From assembly GCA_047495785.1 (NCBI GenBank), contig JBLDXI010000055.1, forward strand, positions 1,364,001-1,428,000: a stretch of 64,000 nt of DNA, in the 5' to 3' direction. How positions within the stretch are numbered: position 1 is the stretch's first letter; every line of letters begins with the position of its first letter. Shown here one piece after another: positions 12,171 through 24,600 of the stretch. A program made the position numbers and the translations under genes. This DNA comes from Lepidodermella squamata (lineage: Eukaryota > Animalia > Gastrotricha). The notes beneath the pieces are model-generated. The model made no database searches and was not told the origin of the DNA. It saw nothing but the letters and a program-made list of their open reading frames with translations.

Positions 12171-15100
12171 ATGGACGCAGATACGCCGGAAAAAGAGGCG
12201 ACCTCGACTAAGGTCATGACATTTCTGAGTCTGCTCGGACTTGTCAGCCTCGGTCTCGGCATCGCAGCCTACGTGTTGAACGTCGAGCAGAACCGTTGCG
12301 AAATGACGTACATGTACGAAGTGCCTGAGTACATTCAGGTCCCGCTGCCGGGCGAGGACGTGCCGCATCACTCGCGGTACCGGCTTTTCGTCTACGGCGA
12401 AGGAATGTACTCGGATCAACTGAAATCCGAGCTGAAGTACAACAAAATGACCGGGGTTCCGGTTCTCTTCGTACCAGGCTCCGGCGGCTCGCACGGCCAG
12501 GTTCGATCGCTGGCGTCGGTTTTACTGCGGAAAGGCGAGCATCTACGCTCGAAAGTTCAATTCAACGTTTTCGCAGTTGATTTCGGCGCAGATTTTTCCG
12601 CGCTGGATGGCGCTCTGCTCGAAAAGCAGGCCGATTTCGTCGTCAGATGCCTCCGCCGCATCAGCCATCTGTACCCGCAACGCACCGCTGACGGCCAGGG
12701 TGCGTCAATCATCGTCTACGGCCACTCGATGGGCGGAGTTGTCTCGGTAATGGCTGCGAATGCTCTGGCGAAAAAAGGCAAAAAGGACACGATTGCGCCA
12801 TTGTTGCTAACTTACGCCTCGCCCTTCTCCCGGCCGGTTTTCTACGTCGACCCACATCTCGATAGAATCTACGCTGATCTGCTTCAAAATCTATCGAATG
12901 ACATTTTCCTGTTGTCAGTTGGCGGCGGATTTCGCGACCATTTAGTGCCTAGCCATTTGACTGTCGCAAATTTTTCGGATAGAACTCGCGCGTTGGATAC
13001 AAACACCATGTCAATGCCGCTGACTTGGGCGTCGGCCGATCACAAGTGCATTGTGTGGTGTAGACAGGTGGTTCTAGCTAGTGCTAGGTCGTTATTCGAA
13101 CTGGTTGATCCGCAAACGAAACGCTTACCCACGGACCGCGTTCAGATTGCCAAGACCGTTCGCAGCCATTTTGCCGCTGCAACCCACCTGCCGTACATGC
13201 AAAGCTATTTCATCGACGAAAATTCCGATGCTATTGACCCTCAAGTCACCCCGGGATCGGCATCTGTTCAAGCCTCGAAAGGACATGTTGTAACGCTGAA
13301 GCTGACTGATAGGTGAATGTCTATAACTTGTTATTCGTGTAAAATTATCCTTTTAACGAATTCTCGATTTTAAAACAAATTACAAGTTGAAAGTTGGGGT
13401 TGGCAAATATTTTGACATCGTGGGGTTATGATGTCGCTTTCAAGATCAATTGACGAGGAGTTCAACGAAATCAAATAGAGGTTGATAGTCATTAGGGTTG
13501 CTGAGATATGGGGTTTTAAAGTTTACCAGCGAAAAATGCAAATTTCAAAGAAAGTGCGCCTTAAAATTTGAGTTTTTATTGCATCAAATAATAATCCCTC
13601 ACGAAATAAATTTTAATTTTAATTTCTTATCTTCGTTCGACATTTTTTGCTAGAGAGGAATTTCGCTAGTCGCTAGATATTCAAAAATTCGGTGGGGTCA
13701 AGCTAGTTTCTCCACATCTAACTGAATCGATATAAGTTTTCAGGGACACATTGGGGTTCCCCTTTTTTTAAGGAGGATGGCAGCCTCCTAGAAATCCGAC
13801 TGAAATTTTATAATTGAAAATCCTCAAGAAAAAATGAGTAAGAACATCTTGGAATCCCAGAATCGTCCTTCTTCATATGAACATACTTTTGCGATTTGCT
13901 GGAAAATACAGAAAATTCGCCAAGCCCCACGTTTCACTTGTTAGCGGTCAAATAATATTTTTTGTGTTTATTCAGGGTGCCTAAAGATCTCCATTTCGTC
14001 GTCATCCACAACTGGCCTGGTACGATTGAATTGAAGGTGGGTGAGACCAGTCACCTGACTACTGAATCCGACCCAATGCTGCCACCGCTCTATTCGAATA
14101 AACGCGTCAGCATTTTCCGAATGGACCAGTTCGAAGCGGGTCTGCCGATCGACTTGATTTTCAACCCGACAACAAAAACCAGTGGCTCTTACAAGTTAAT
14201 CTGGTCTCACGAGTTTCTAGTACCAACGAGCAATAACCTATTCACTGCATCGATGCCAACAATGGGCGGTGCTTTCAAGTCGTTCTTCGCGCCGCAAGTC
14301 ATCGCGACCGGCGTTAAAGGCCGATCGTTCGCCCAGGTCATTTTCAGCGGCTTCGACTCACCATACAACGCCGCTAATTTCAAATTGGTACCGACTAAAT
14401 GCGACAAGCCGAAAAATCCGTCACCCTTGAATGGCTCTGTGGTCGCGTTTTACAACACAGTCGACGCGGATGAGGCGTTCGAATACGCCCCGGTTGGCCA
14501 GCCGATTTCCCTGACAATCCGTAGACAAGTCGCTGGCACGGCGACTTCATCGGTCCTGCCCCACCTGTCGTTAGTCCTCGACCCGGCTTGCACGTATGAC
14601 CTCGAAATCAAGTGGTCTATGCCTGACGTAAGTGCTCAGTACATCCGATTTGTCGGCCATTTGTTCCCGTCAACTCTCGGCTTTGTCCTCGTGTCATTTT
14701 TGATGGCAACCACGAAAACACTGCAAAAACCAGCCGAGAACAATTTGATGTTCTACATCTTCTTCCAGTGCAAGCCAGTGTCGATTGTGGCCATGTCCAA
14801 ATTGATTCACATGGTTATTGGCCGCTTCAGCCATTTACTGCCGTTCCCCGTTGATTTCGACGTCATCACTGCGGAGGGTGAAAACATCATGTTCGGAACT
14901 TTGCCCGTTCTTCTGTACTTTTTCGTCCTCGGATTTTTCGGAATTTACGCTCAGTTGCTAACAGCGATTTTCTGCACATTCGGGCGACCCTTTGCATCTC
15001 TAGCGTCTTGGTAATTTGACGATTTTGTTTGCAAAATTAACAATTTTATCTGACAAATTTTAAGGTTACTTCGACCAAGCCTATATCTTGGAGTTCTGCT

Positions 15101-15717
15101 GCAATCGGTGGGACTTGTAGGCGCCTTAATTTATTCTTCCCCGATCGGTCTGACTGCATCCTACCTCAGCTTCTTGATTCCGTTTTTCTGGTAATTTTTC
15201 TGATTTCTCCTATTTTTTTTAGTAATTTTTCTGTGTTTTTAGTATTTCGGCGACTAGGATTAGTTGGCAACTACAGCGGCATGTCATGTCCTTGGCTCTT
15301 CTCGGGCTGTGGTTCTTCCTGGTCAGCGGACCCACCGCTGCCCACCAGTTTTTCCTGCCCGCATCCAACGGCTTCGACCTGGCTAAATTCCGGCCGATTT
15401 TCACGGCAATCGACGGCTCCACCCGGTTCGATTTGTGGCTGCTCCCAGCTTCAGTGTCGATCGCTCTCGGCTCGATCCTGTTCACGCTGTCGATTTTGCG
15501 GCGTTTGAATGCCGACCTTGACATCGACGAGAAAATGGCGGCGTTAGCGCCGCGAATTCTGCAGGTTGGCGCCATCGGCGCCTGCCTGTTCGCCAGCCGG
15601 ACTTTGCACCGCGCGCCGACGATCATCGGCGTTTGCTACCTGCTGGCTGCCATTGCCCAGTTCGTCGTCACTGCCAAGGCCAAGGTTAAGGTGCAATCTC
15701 ATGCGAAGGAGGATTGA
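12171..15717 (+). CDS. PGAP1: GPI inositol-deacylase (PGAP1/Bst1), multi-exon
   Basis: N-terminal TM followed by N.CEMTYMYE.P.Y, GVPVLFVPGSGGSHGQVRSLAS, lipase motif GHSMGG, SVGGGFRD.LV, WASADH.CIVWC.Q and a C-terminal multi-TM region. Introns at 13313-13975 and two short ones near 15.0-15.25 kb. Confidence 0.92.
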
Positions 15718-15936
15718 GGGAGATTTGTGAGACTGGAAGTGCGTAATAGTAATTCTGATTTTCTTCGGAAATTTTATGATGATAAGGAATCATGACATTG
15801 TGAAATTAGACATGTTCTATGGTCTCGTCTATTGATCCGCAACGGAATAAAACGATTTTGATTAAACTCTGTTGTTTTTATTATCATTATTTACTCGACA
15901 CCAGCTCTCATCTAACAGCAGAGTAGAACAATGCTC

Positions 15937-17585
15937 TCAACCTATCATAATCCTCCCGCGCTGATTGGCGATTGAGGTGACCTGGGTTTCCAATGCATTC
16001 ATTCTGTTAGTCAGCCCTCCAATGCCGTTGTTAGCATTGGCTACTAGTTGGTTGAGATGGGCGGTTGTGCCCTGCTGAGCCGAAATAGCCCCTTGCATTG
16101 CCGTCATGCGATTGTTCATCTCGCCAAGTTTACTATTTTTCTCAGCTCTAAGCTGATTCAGTTGAGAGCCGAGATCTCCCACAGAAGCCCTTACTTGATT
16201 CACGTGCCCGTTTACATCATTGACGTGATTTCGCACCCCATTTACCTGATTTCCGAGATCGGAAAGGGCGCCCTGATGTCGCCCAACAACGGTTGAAACG
16301 TGATCCAACTGCCGAGACATTTCGCTGATCTTAGGGTTCAGCCCATCGGCGGCTGAACTAGCGGTGTTTCGAACTTGGGCAATCTGTTGACTCAACTGAG
16401 CCAGAGAGCCCTGTTGGCCTTCGATCGCACGCAGCGTTGATGCAATACGCTCATTCATATCGCCCATTTTGCTACTGCTGCTTGCCTTCAGCTGGCTCAG
16501 CTGGCTTCCCAAATCGTTCACGATGCTATTAGTGTTAGCGATCTGAGTGCTCAACCCACCCAGCTGCTTTGCGACTTCTTCGATTTGCTGCTTTGAGCCG
16601 GCAGCCTCAGATAACTGTTTCTCCAGTGCGGAGACAGAATCTCGATTGCTGTTAGCCAGATTTCGAACCTCGGCGATTTGGCTAGCCACTGCTGGCGTAC
16701 TGTCGTCACTGGCTGATTTCAATCCGCTAATTTGACTGGCGAGTCGCTCAACAGCGGCCATGTTATTTGCCGTTGAATTCTGTATGGCTTCGTCAGTTAG
16801 TTGCGCCATCTTTTTCACCTCATCGTCGAGGGAAACAATGGAAACTTGCTGCTGCTCGATCAGACCCCGCAACTCCTGGGCGATCTTTTCCTGGGCAGGG
16901 TTTTCCTCTGCTGCTGGTCTACTTTCGAGAGTTGCAATGGATTCATTGTGTTTCTTGAGCGTTTCCTCAATCAGGCGAATTTGAGAGACAACTCTGTTTT
17001 CGAAGTCACTGCCCGAGGCAGGGTTGCCATTTGATGCAACCGTCTTCGTCGTGTTTAGGTCGATGACATCATCCTGCAGCTTTTTAACTGTCAGAACAAT
17101 TGCGGATGTTTCAGCCTTCAGGGTCTTGCATTTGCCGACATAACCAGCCATCGATGATTCGACAGCTGTAATTTGTTGGCCAAGCTCGAGAATAGCCTTT
17201 TGCTGTTCCACAATCCTAGTATTTAGGGTTGTTATTTGGCCGGCGTAATCCATCTGCGGCTCAGCCTCTGAGGCTTCAGCGGCTGAACTTTGCAAGGATG
17301 CGATCGTTCCCTCTTGCTTTTCAACAACGCTTCTCAGCGAAGCTACCAAAGATTTCAACTCATCTCTATCCGCCTGCAATTCAGAAACTGCCAGCTTCAA
17401 CGATGCGATGCTGCTTGAGGTCGTCACATCTTGACCACTTGATCGTTGTAATGGTTGGGGCTGGGAAATTATAATAAAAATGCTGTGTTTGAGAGATTTA
17501 TTTGTGTCATCACCTTCGTGCTGTAAGCCACCGAAGCCGAATGAAGAATCAAAGCTAGCTTGAAAACGAAGTCAATGTATTTCAT
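15937..17585 (-). CDS. Secreted long coiled-coil protein with internal repeats (orphan, ~531 aa)
   Basis: Exon 1 (17585-17514) encodes signal-peptide-like MKYIDFVFKLALILHSASVAYSTK. A GT-AG intron (17513-17461) splices in frame to the long ORF 17460-15937. Heptad-rich sequence rich in S/A/Q/N/L. Confidence 0.75.
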
Positions 17586-17990
17586 GTTCACGATAGACGT
17601 GTCACTGGTTTGCAATATTGCTAAAGACTTACGGCTTTTATTGTCGTTACCGGGAATTCTGCGTGAGAAAAATGACGCATGCAATATCACCTGATGAAAT
17701 TCCCGCACTAACGTTTCTTTGCTCGCACATTTCGATTGCGATAGCCGTCAAAACTATCTGGGGTTATTTTTCCCCTCTGCGGCTTTCCCATTAGCAGTTT
17801 CATGTTCTCAATTCTCAATGTGCCTTGAAATGTTCGAGGAAATTCGACTATAAATAATGTCTGTTATCATCAAACTTGGAACAGACGTTCCTGGCTAATC
17901 AAACTCGAATAAGCAACAAGAATTAGACTGGATGAAAGTCTCAATGGATCACTAACCATTTTCTAGTGATGAAATGTTCATTATTGTAAA

Positions 17991-18773
17991 CAGGGGCGTA
18001 ACCAGGAATTTTTTTGGTAGTTGTTATGGATCTCAGGCAGGGGCGTAACCAGCCTTTCACGGTTGGGGTGGCCTGGGTCATATTTTCAGGGTGCGCTCAA
18101 GGATCCGAGAGCTATTAATGACAGAAAAGAATTGTTTGCTTTCTTTTATTGAATTTAAATTTGAACCAAAATTGGAGCGAAGCGAGAAAATTTGTCTCTC
18201 AGAAATACTCAAAAACCTCTTAAAACTATGGAATTTTCCAGCAATCATGCCAACTAAATTAAAAAACTAAATGACTGAATATGCGAGCGAAGCGAGCTTT
18301 AGCTAACGGTTTCCATTTCATTTTCGCATCAGAATTAGCCTGAAAATGCTTCAAAATTCAACGAAAAAATATATTTGACATCAAATTGTACATCTTAGAG
18401 GTTTATTACACCCCCTAGTTTGAAAGATACCGATTTCGAGAAGTACGAAGTACACAACATTTCACTTTTCTGCAATTGTTCCCGATGGTGGGGCCTGCAT
18501 GGGGCCTGGGCTACGCCCCTGATCTCAGGGTGGAAAATTGATATTCCCCGGGACAATATCCAAGGTCGATGAGTGCCGGTTTTCAATACGAAATATGGAA
18601 ACTATCGGGATTTCGAGCGTAGCGAGAACATTTTGTACAATTTTGCAAACATTTCCTCCATTTTGTAAGCAATTTTAGGCATTTTCTAGAGAAAATAGGC
18701 CGAAGAGGGGTTTTTGATTTTTGATTTTCGTAGTTGTTTAAACAACCAAAACAACCAGCTGGTTACGCCACTG
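17991..18773. mobile_element. Non-autonomous hAT-type DNA transposon (MITE), outer element
   Basis: TIRs CAGGGGCGTAACCAG ... CTGGTTACGCCACTG; 8-bp TSD ATTGTAAA at 17983-17990 and 18774-18781. Confidence 0.88.
18038..18521. mobile_element. Non-autonomous hAT-type MITE nested inside the outer element
   Basis: TIRs CAGGGGCGTAACCAG ... CTGGGCTACGCCCCTG; 8-bp TSD ATCTCAGG at 18030-18037 and 18522-18529; internal GAGCGAAGCGAG motifs. Confidence 0.88.
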
Positions 18774-21646
18774 ATTGTAAACTTGGAATATCCAGTCGGC
18801 TGCCTTTGTTTCAATCGCTGAATTTTTCAGGCAACGCCAACTAACTTTCACCTGGTTTGGCGTTCTCCTAGTTTCAGAGGACTGAAAATCAGCTAGGTAC
18901 TTCTATTTGAGAGCAGACGCGGGCAAACATTTCGCTCACACTCTAATTATCAATGATTAGAAAAAGAAACATGCAATAATTCGTAATCCCGACTGAAATA
19001 CATTGCCGTGGGCCATATTTCACCTATACATATAATTTGCAAGAAGCTACAACATTAGCATATATCACATTTCGAAAAAGGACTAAGGAAAAAAACAACC
19101 ATGTATCTCATCTGCATTTTACTGAGTCGTAATTCTTTACGCTTTTGAATAAATTCTGCTAAAGTCCCTCTTTCATCCGACGTCAACGAAATGTTACCTT
19201 GCGGTATAGCCATAAATACCGACGCAGCCTAAATTCCCCAAGATCTGCATGTTCGTTTTCAGATACCCGCGAGCTTGTTTGGTTTCATTCAGAAAATTTC
19301 ATTTTCAGCACTTCAATGACCACTTAACCCGTTAGCTCCGTATCTGCACTGGCTTCTATAGAGGTGTATTTTGTTGAGCGCGCTTTAGCCTCCACGCTCA
19401 TTCGCAGACGCCATTCATGAAAAGGTCTTGTATATACATCGGGATATAATAAGCATGCGGTTTGCCAGCGTTTCTTAATAAAAGCCAAATTATTTTAATG
19501 TAAACATATATTCCTTTTTTTGCCGGTAAATGAAATAATAATTTTTCTTGTTTTCGGGTGTTTTCTTTCAGCACCATCATCAACACTGTGCGGTTTGACA
19601 ATTATTTCGCGCGTTTCGCGTAATAAATTATCGATGTTTGCCCAGCGCCTTTTTGGCAGTTGGCGCCGCTGCTATACGCCTCATCGGCCAACAATCAGTA
19701 GTAAACATTGCCAACACAACCAGTCGAATAAAAGTATTGCCCGTGTATTAGGGGCCCAAAATACAGTGTTCTGCGTTTGTTCCGCTATATATAAAATATT
19801 ATGTATAATAATATAATATATATAAAATCGCACTTCTACTACGCTGTAAATTGTATTATTTTTGGCTCATCTCTCAGGCTCAGCGCGGCGCCCTCTCTGC
19901 TGATGCGCTGCGCTCTCTGCATTCAAGCAAATACTACTATTCTGGCTCAAAAAAGAACTGGAATGGCCGGCGAGCATGCAAATTTATCGATGAAATAGAA
20001 CAGCGCGCGGGTAGTAAATAATAATATACGCCGGATTTACGACTAGAAGGCCAAGTTTCAAGTCCTAAATCGATCATCGACAACTGCCTCTAAAATTTCA
20101 ACAACTTCCGACTTGTGTGTTTTTGCAATAATATTACAAGCCCCGGGCGGTGACCCAACACGGCGGCCGCCCTCGATTATACTCACGAGTAAATGGCTGG
20201 TTCGTGACCTACCGGCTTTTATTACCGGCGCATTTATTTTACATTGGAAAGGCTCAGACACAGCATAGGCTATCATCGTTGTTGTTCATTTAGCAGTCAG
20301 CATTCAGCGTACTACACCACCCAGAAGCTAGCTGGCTCTATTACTTTGCGAACTAGCAGCGCCACAAGGCCTTGCACTATATCTGCAGCTGTACCCACGT
20401 CTTGTCGTAAACAACAGCAATTAAACCATTGTCATTTCGTAATGAGTGAAGCGGCCACACCACGAGCAGGCGGTTGCTGCGTAATGCACTGAGCCGCCCA
20501 TTTTTTGACGCGCTCTTCATAACGTGCGAAAATACTCGAACGGCTCTTTAGTGTCTTCAGATGTAGTATTTGTGATGAAATTGTTTTTTCCCGTTAATTG
20601 CGCACTCGTCATCTGTAGCCACGGGCGCGGCGAACGCTGGACATTATGCTTTTAAACACCTGCGAATGTGATATATATCCGATAATTAGGAGGCTCCATT
20701 GAGTTATTTTTATTTTACTATAGACTATAGACTGTTAGGGCAAAAGCTCCTAATTCTGCATAGTTTCTGACACACCTTACTCTCGGCCGTACTGTAATAA
20801 AATTACCTTGAAACTGAATGCTCATTTGTAGAAAACTTTCAATAGTTGTGGCTATTTCTTTATTTCCTGATCGCTAAAATAGAGTACGGCTTTAGGATAT
20901 GTCATGAAACCTACAAAACGGCTTATCTTTCTTTGCCATTTCTAAGTTTGTTCCATTTCCTTAATTGGTGATAAAAAAAGCGTTGATGAATGGCGCAGCA
21001 AAACTTAATTACACCTTCGTGTGCACGCGCCAAACGATGAGACAGCTCGGTCCGCGCATCTTCACCTCTCACCTTTCACCTCTCAACCCGTTGTTTTTCA
21101 TAATTAGAGGATAGCCTTATATTTAATTAAACGCATTTCGTCACATTTTTTGGCAAAAAAAACACGCGTTTTATGACGGATTCGTTAATCGTTGTTTCTG
21201 CTTTTAGGTTATGGTGTCACATTAGATGCTTTATAACCCTAATATAATAGGAATTTCGCGGCTTATTATGCGGGATGGATTTACTGGAATATAAAATTAG
21301 GGATAGCCGCGTTAGCCGCTGATGTTGCTCGCAGAATACTTCCGCAAATTTACAGTTGCTGTGGTCTTTTGCAACTGCTTTTCCCTGCTTCTCCATATTT
21401 TAGGCAGCCCATTCTCTTCCCTCTCTCTTGTTGCCCTATGATGAATGGCGTATCCTTGACGAGGCTAACAGCTGAAGCAACAATGTGGATGTTGCCTGAT
21501 GAATGACTCCACGCATTCAACTTCAGACATCCCATTATTATGAGCATATGATTGTATACTAGTAAATTTATAGTTCATATGATCTACTATCGATACCGCC
21601 GGCTTTGTTCTACCGTCAGATGACATCTCCAGAAAATTAGCGGAAA

Positions 21647-24600
21647 ATGCGCCATTTTTATCAGCTAAAATTGCTACTATGGAAAAATTTTCTCATCAAA
21701 AGGCGTCTACCGGTAAGCTTTCAACCCTATTAGGGAGGAAATGGGTTTAATTTGAATTTTTTGTTGTTTTAAGATCATCCTGTTATTGGAAACGTTCATA
21801 CCGTTCGTGTTGTTCATTATTCTCGGGCTCATCCGCAGCAACAACCCACCTATTGTGACGTACACGCAATTGGCACCTGCCAAACCGCTGCCCTCGACCG
21901 GCCTCGTAACAATGATGCAGGCGCTTTGCAGTGGCTCGCCGCATTTTCCTGCCGACGGCGAGGGCCTGCCGATGTTATCCGAAAATTCATCACTCCACCA
22001 CTGGCTCGAACAGGTCGATCACGTCTACCGACATTTTAACGTGCTCTACCCGAACAAGTCGCTGGCTCTACTTGATCGCATGGCGATAAGCTACGAAAAC
22101 AGTGTTGACGTCTTGTCAAAATTACTGCCTGTTCTCGATCGAATTCAATCTGAAATGAATAACTCGCTTTTGGATAACTTCAGAGATTCAAAGAAAACCG
22201 CCAATTTTACTTCGATCAATAACTACCTGGACCTATTGCGTCTTGTGCTGCTTAATGACAGCATTGAAAATGCAGAGCCCGGCGCTGGATCTCTGCAATC
22301 ACTTCTTACACTCATCAAACTTGATGAAAGTGGCCGCTTATCCTTAGGGGACGGGGACTTTTCATCAATCGACAGCCAACAGCTTGAAAATTTCGCCACC
22401 GTTGTTGCTGTTTGTTTTTTTTCCGTAAAACTTTCATTTAAAACGGTATTAATCATAATAGAGACACCAATCAGAGCTCGATAATGCGACAGAACCGATA
22501 AGTCACAACATATCCTTGGTCAAGCATTTGCGAAGATTTGCGGACAGTAAAACTTCGATTTGGAAATCGGCCAATGATTCTAAAGCAACAATTGCGCTAG
22601 CGATACATGCGCTAGGTTCAAACTTATCGACGCCTGAGGATGAACAATTCAAAAAATTATCGGAGATCCCAAGAATCGAAGAAAACGATGAGCTCGCCGA
22701 GGACTGGAATGCCTTAAAGGAAGATGCAAGTTTTGTTAATTTTCTAGCAAATTGAATTTTCAATTTTTTCATGCTTTCCAGTTTGTGGAATTTACAAAAT
22801 TTCACGCAATATTGGATGCGCTAGCCACCGTGGTAGCTCATTTGCCACTTGAAGCCTGTGATGGCGGATCAAATTCAACCAATAATTCGTCAAATTCGAC
22901 GTCAAAATACGATGGATTTGCCGCGATCTACGAATCGATGAAGCCGATTTTGTGCCCCGTGGGTTCAAGTCGCGTAGAGGACACCAAAAATCACACGTCA
23001 CCTGAAAAAGCTGGGCTGGCAGCTCAATTCGGCAGGGATGTTGCGCAGTACTCGGGATTGTGGTTGAAGTTACTTCAAAGCAACCCTCGAATCCTATTCA
23101 CACCGTCGAATTCCAGTGCTGGCTTTATTATGAAACGAGCGAATCGAACTTTTGAGTTCATTGAAAACCTCAGCGCATTCGCCAAGCATTGGACGACCAA
23201 TACAAGCGTTCAGCTTCACGAATACTTTTCTAGACCGGAGACTGAGAAGAAACTGGAAACGATGCGTCTATTGCAGCAACATCCGGTCACTGCAACACTG
23301 CGGTTACTGGAGGTTTTGACAAGGTCGAAGCCTAAAACCGCATTGCTTGCAGAAAGCGAGAAATATTTGAGACCTTTTCTGAAGCTGAAGATTAAAACTG
23401 CAGCGCAAGTTCGGCAACAGTTGAACTTGATAGATCGAGCGGCGTGTTCGTGGACCAAACTAATTTCAGGGGCGGACTTGCGGTTTTTCACGCCGTTCCG
23501 CAGCGAGTCGGAGGCCGTTGATTTTTCGGTTCATGATGCGCACCAGAAGAATTTTACTGTTCTTGCCATCATCGCCTTCAACCTGACGGAGTATGACGTC
23601 GAGCTGCCCGCTCATATTTCCTACAAAATCCGCATGAATTCTTCCATTCTACCGAGTGTTCGCAAAATTCGGCCGATCTATTGGTCGCCGATTCCTCGCA
23701 ACTGGGACTACTTTTATTACTTGTATAAATTCTCCGCTAATTTGTTAAATTTCCAATTGAAATTCCTTTATTTTACAGCTCTGGCTTTGTTTTCTTGCAA
23801 GATATTATTGATCGAGCAATAATTGACACTCAAGTCGGGCATGAAGTTGTGGAGCCTGGTACTTTTGCAACCAACGAGCCGATTCCTTGCTACCTCTATG
23901 ACACTTTCTTGTTCACAAACAGGTAATCAAATCATTGAACCAAATTATGAGGCTAATGCGACATTTTTTTAGTATGATCTTGCCATTATGCATGACTATC
24001 AGCTTCGTTTATACCGCGGCGATACTCGTTCAAAATATCGTTTCGGAGAAAGAACTTCGGCTGAAAGAATTTATGAAGGTCATGGGTCTCAGCAATGTCA
24101 TCCATGGCCTCGCCTGGTTCATCACAGCCTTCATCCAGCTGTCGATTTCAATGACGATCGTCACGTTTATCCTGCGATACTCGCAGGTGCTGCTGCACAG
24201 CAACCCTCTTATCATCTGGCTGATTCTGGAAATCTTCGCCATTGCCACGATCACGTTCGCCTTCCTCGTCAGTTCGTTGTTCTCGAAGGCGAAAATCGCC
24301 TCTGCCACCGCTGGCATGATGTACTTTCTGTCGTACGTGCCTTCGATGTGCATCGGCATTCGCGAGGACATTGCCGGCGGCGTCATTTCGCCCGTTTTCA
24401 AACACATCTCCAGCCTCATGTCGACGTCGGCGTTCGGTCTCGGCTGCAAGTACATATCGCTGCACGAGTCTGAGAGCACAGGCGTGCAATGGGACAACAT
24501 CGGCGTTTCACCCATCGAACACGACACATTCTCCCTACTGCATTGCTGTGGATACTTGATTCTGGACTCGGTCCTTTACGCATTTATGGCCTGGTACATT

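Noticed and set aside
18800-21600. Possible ncRNA (SL RNA, miRNA, tRNA) or gene in the long spacer before ABCA #2
   Set aside because: No match by eye to SL1, conserved miRNAs, tRNA boxes or coding pattern; needs an Rfam scan
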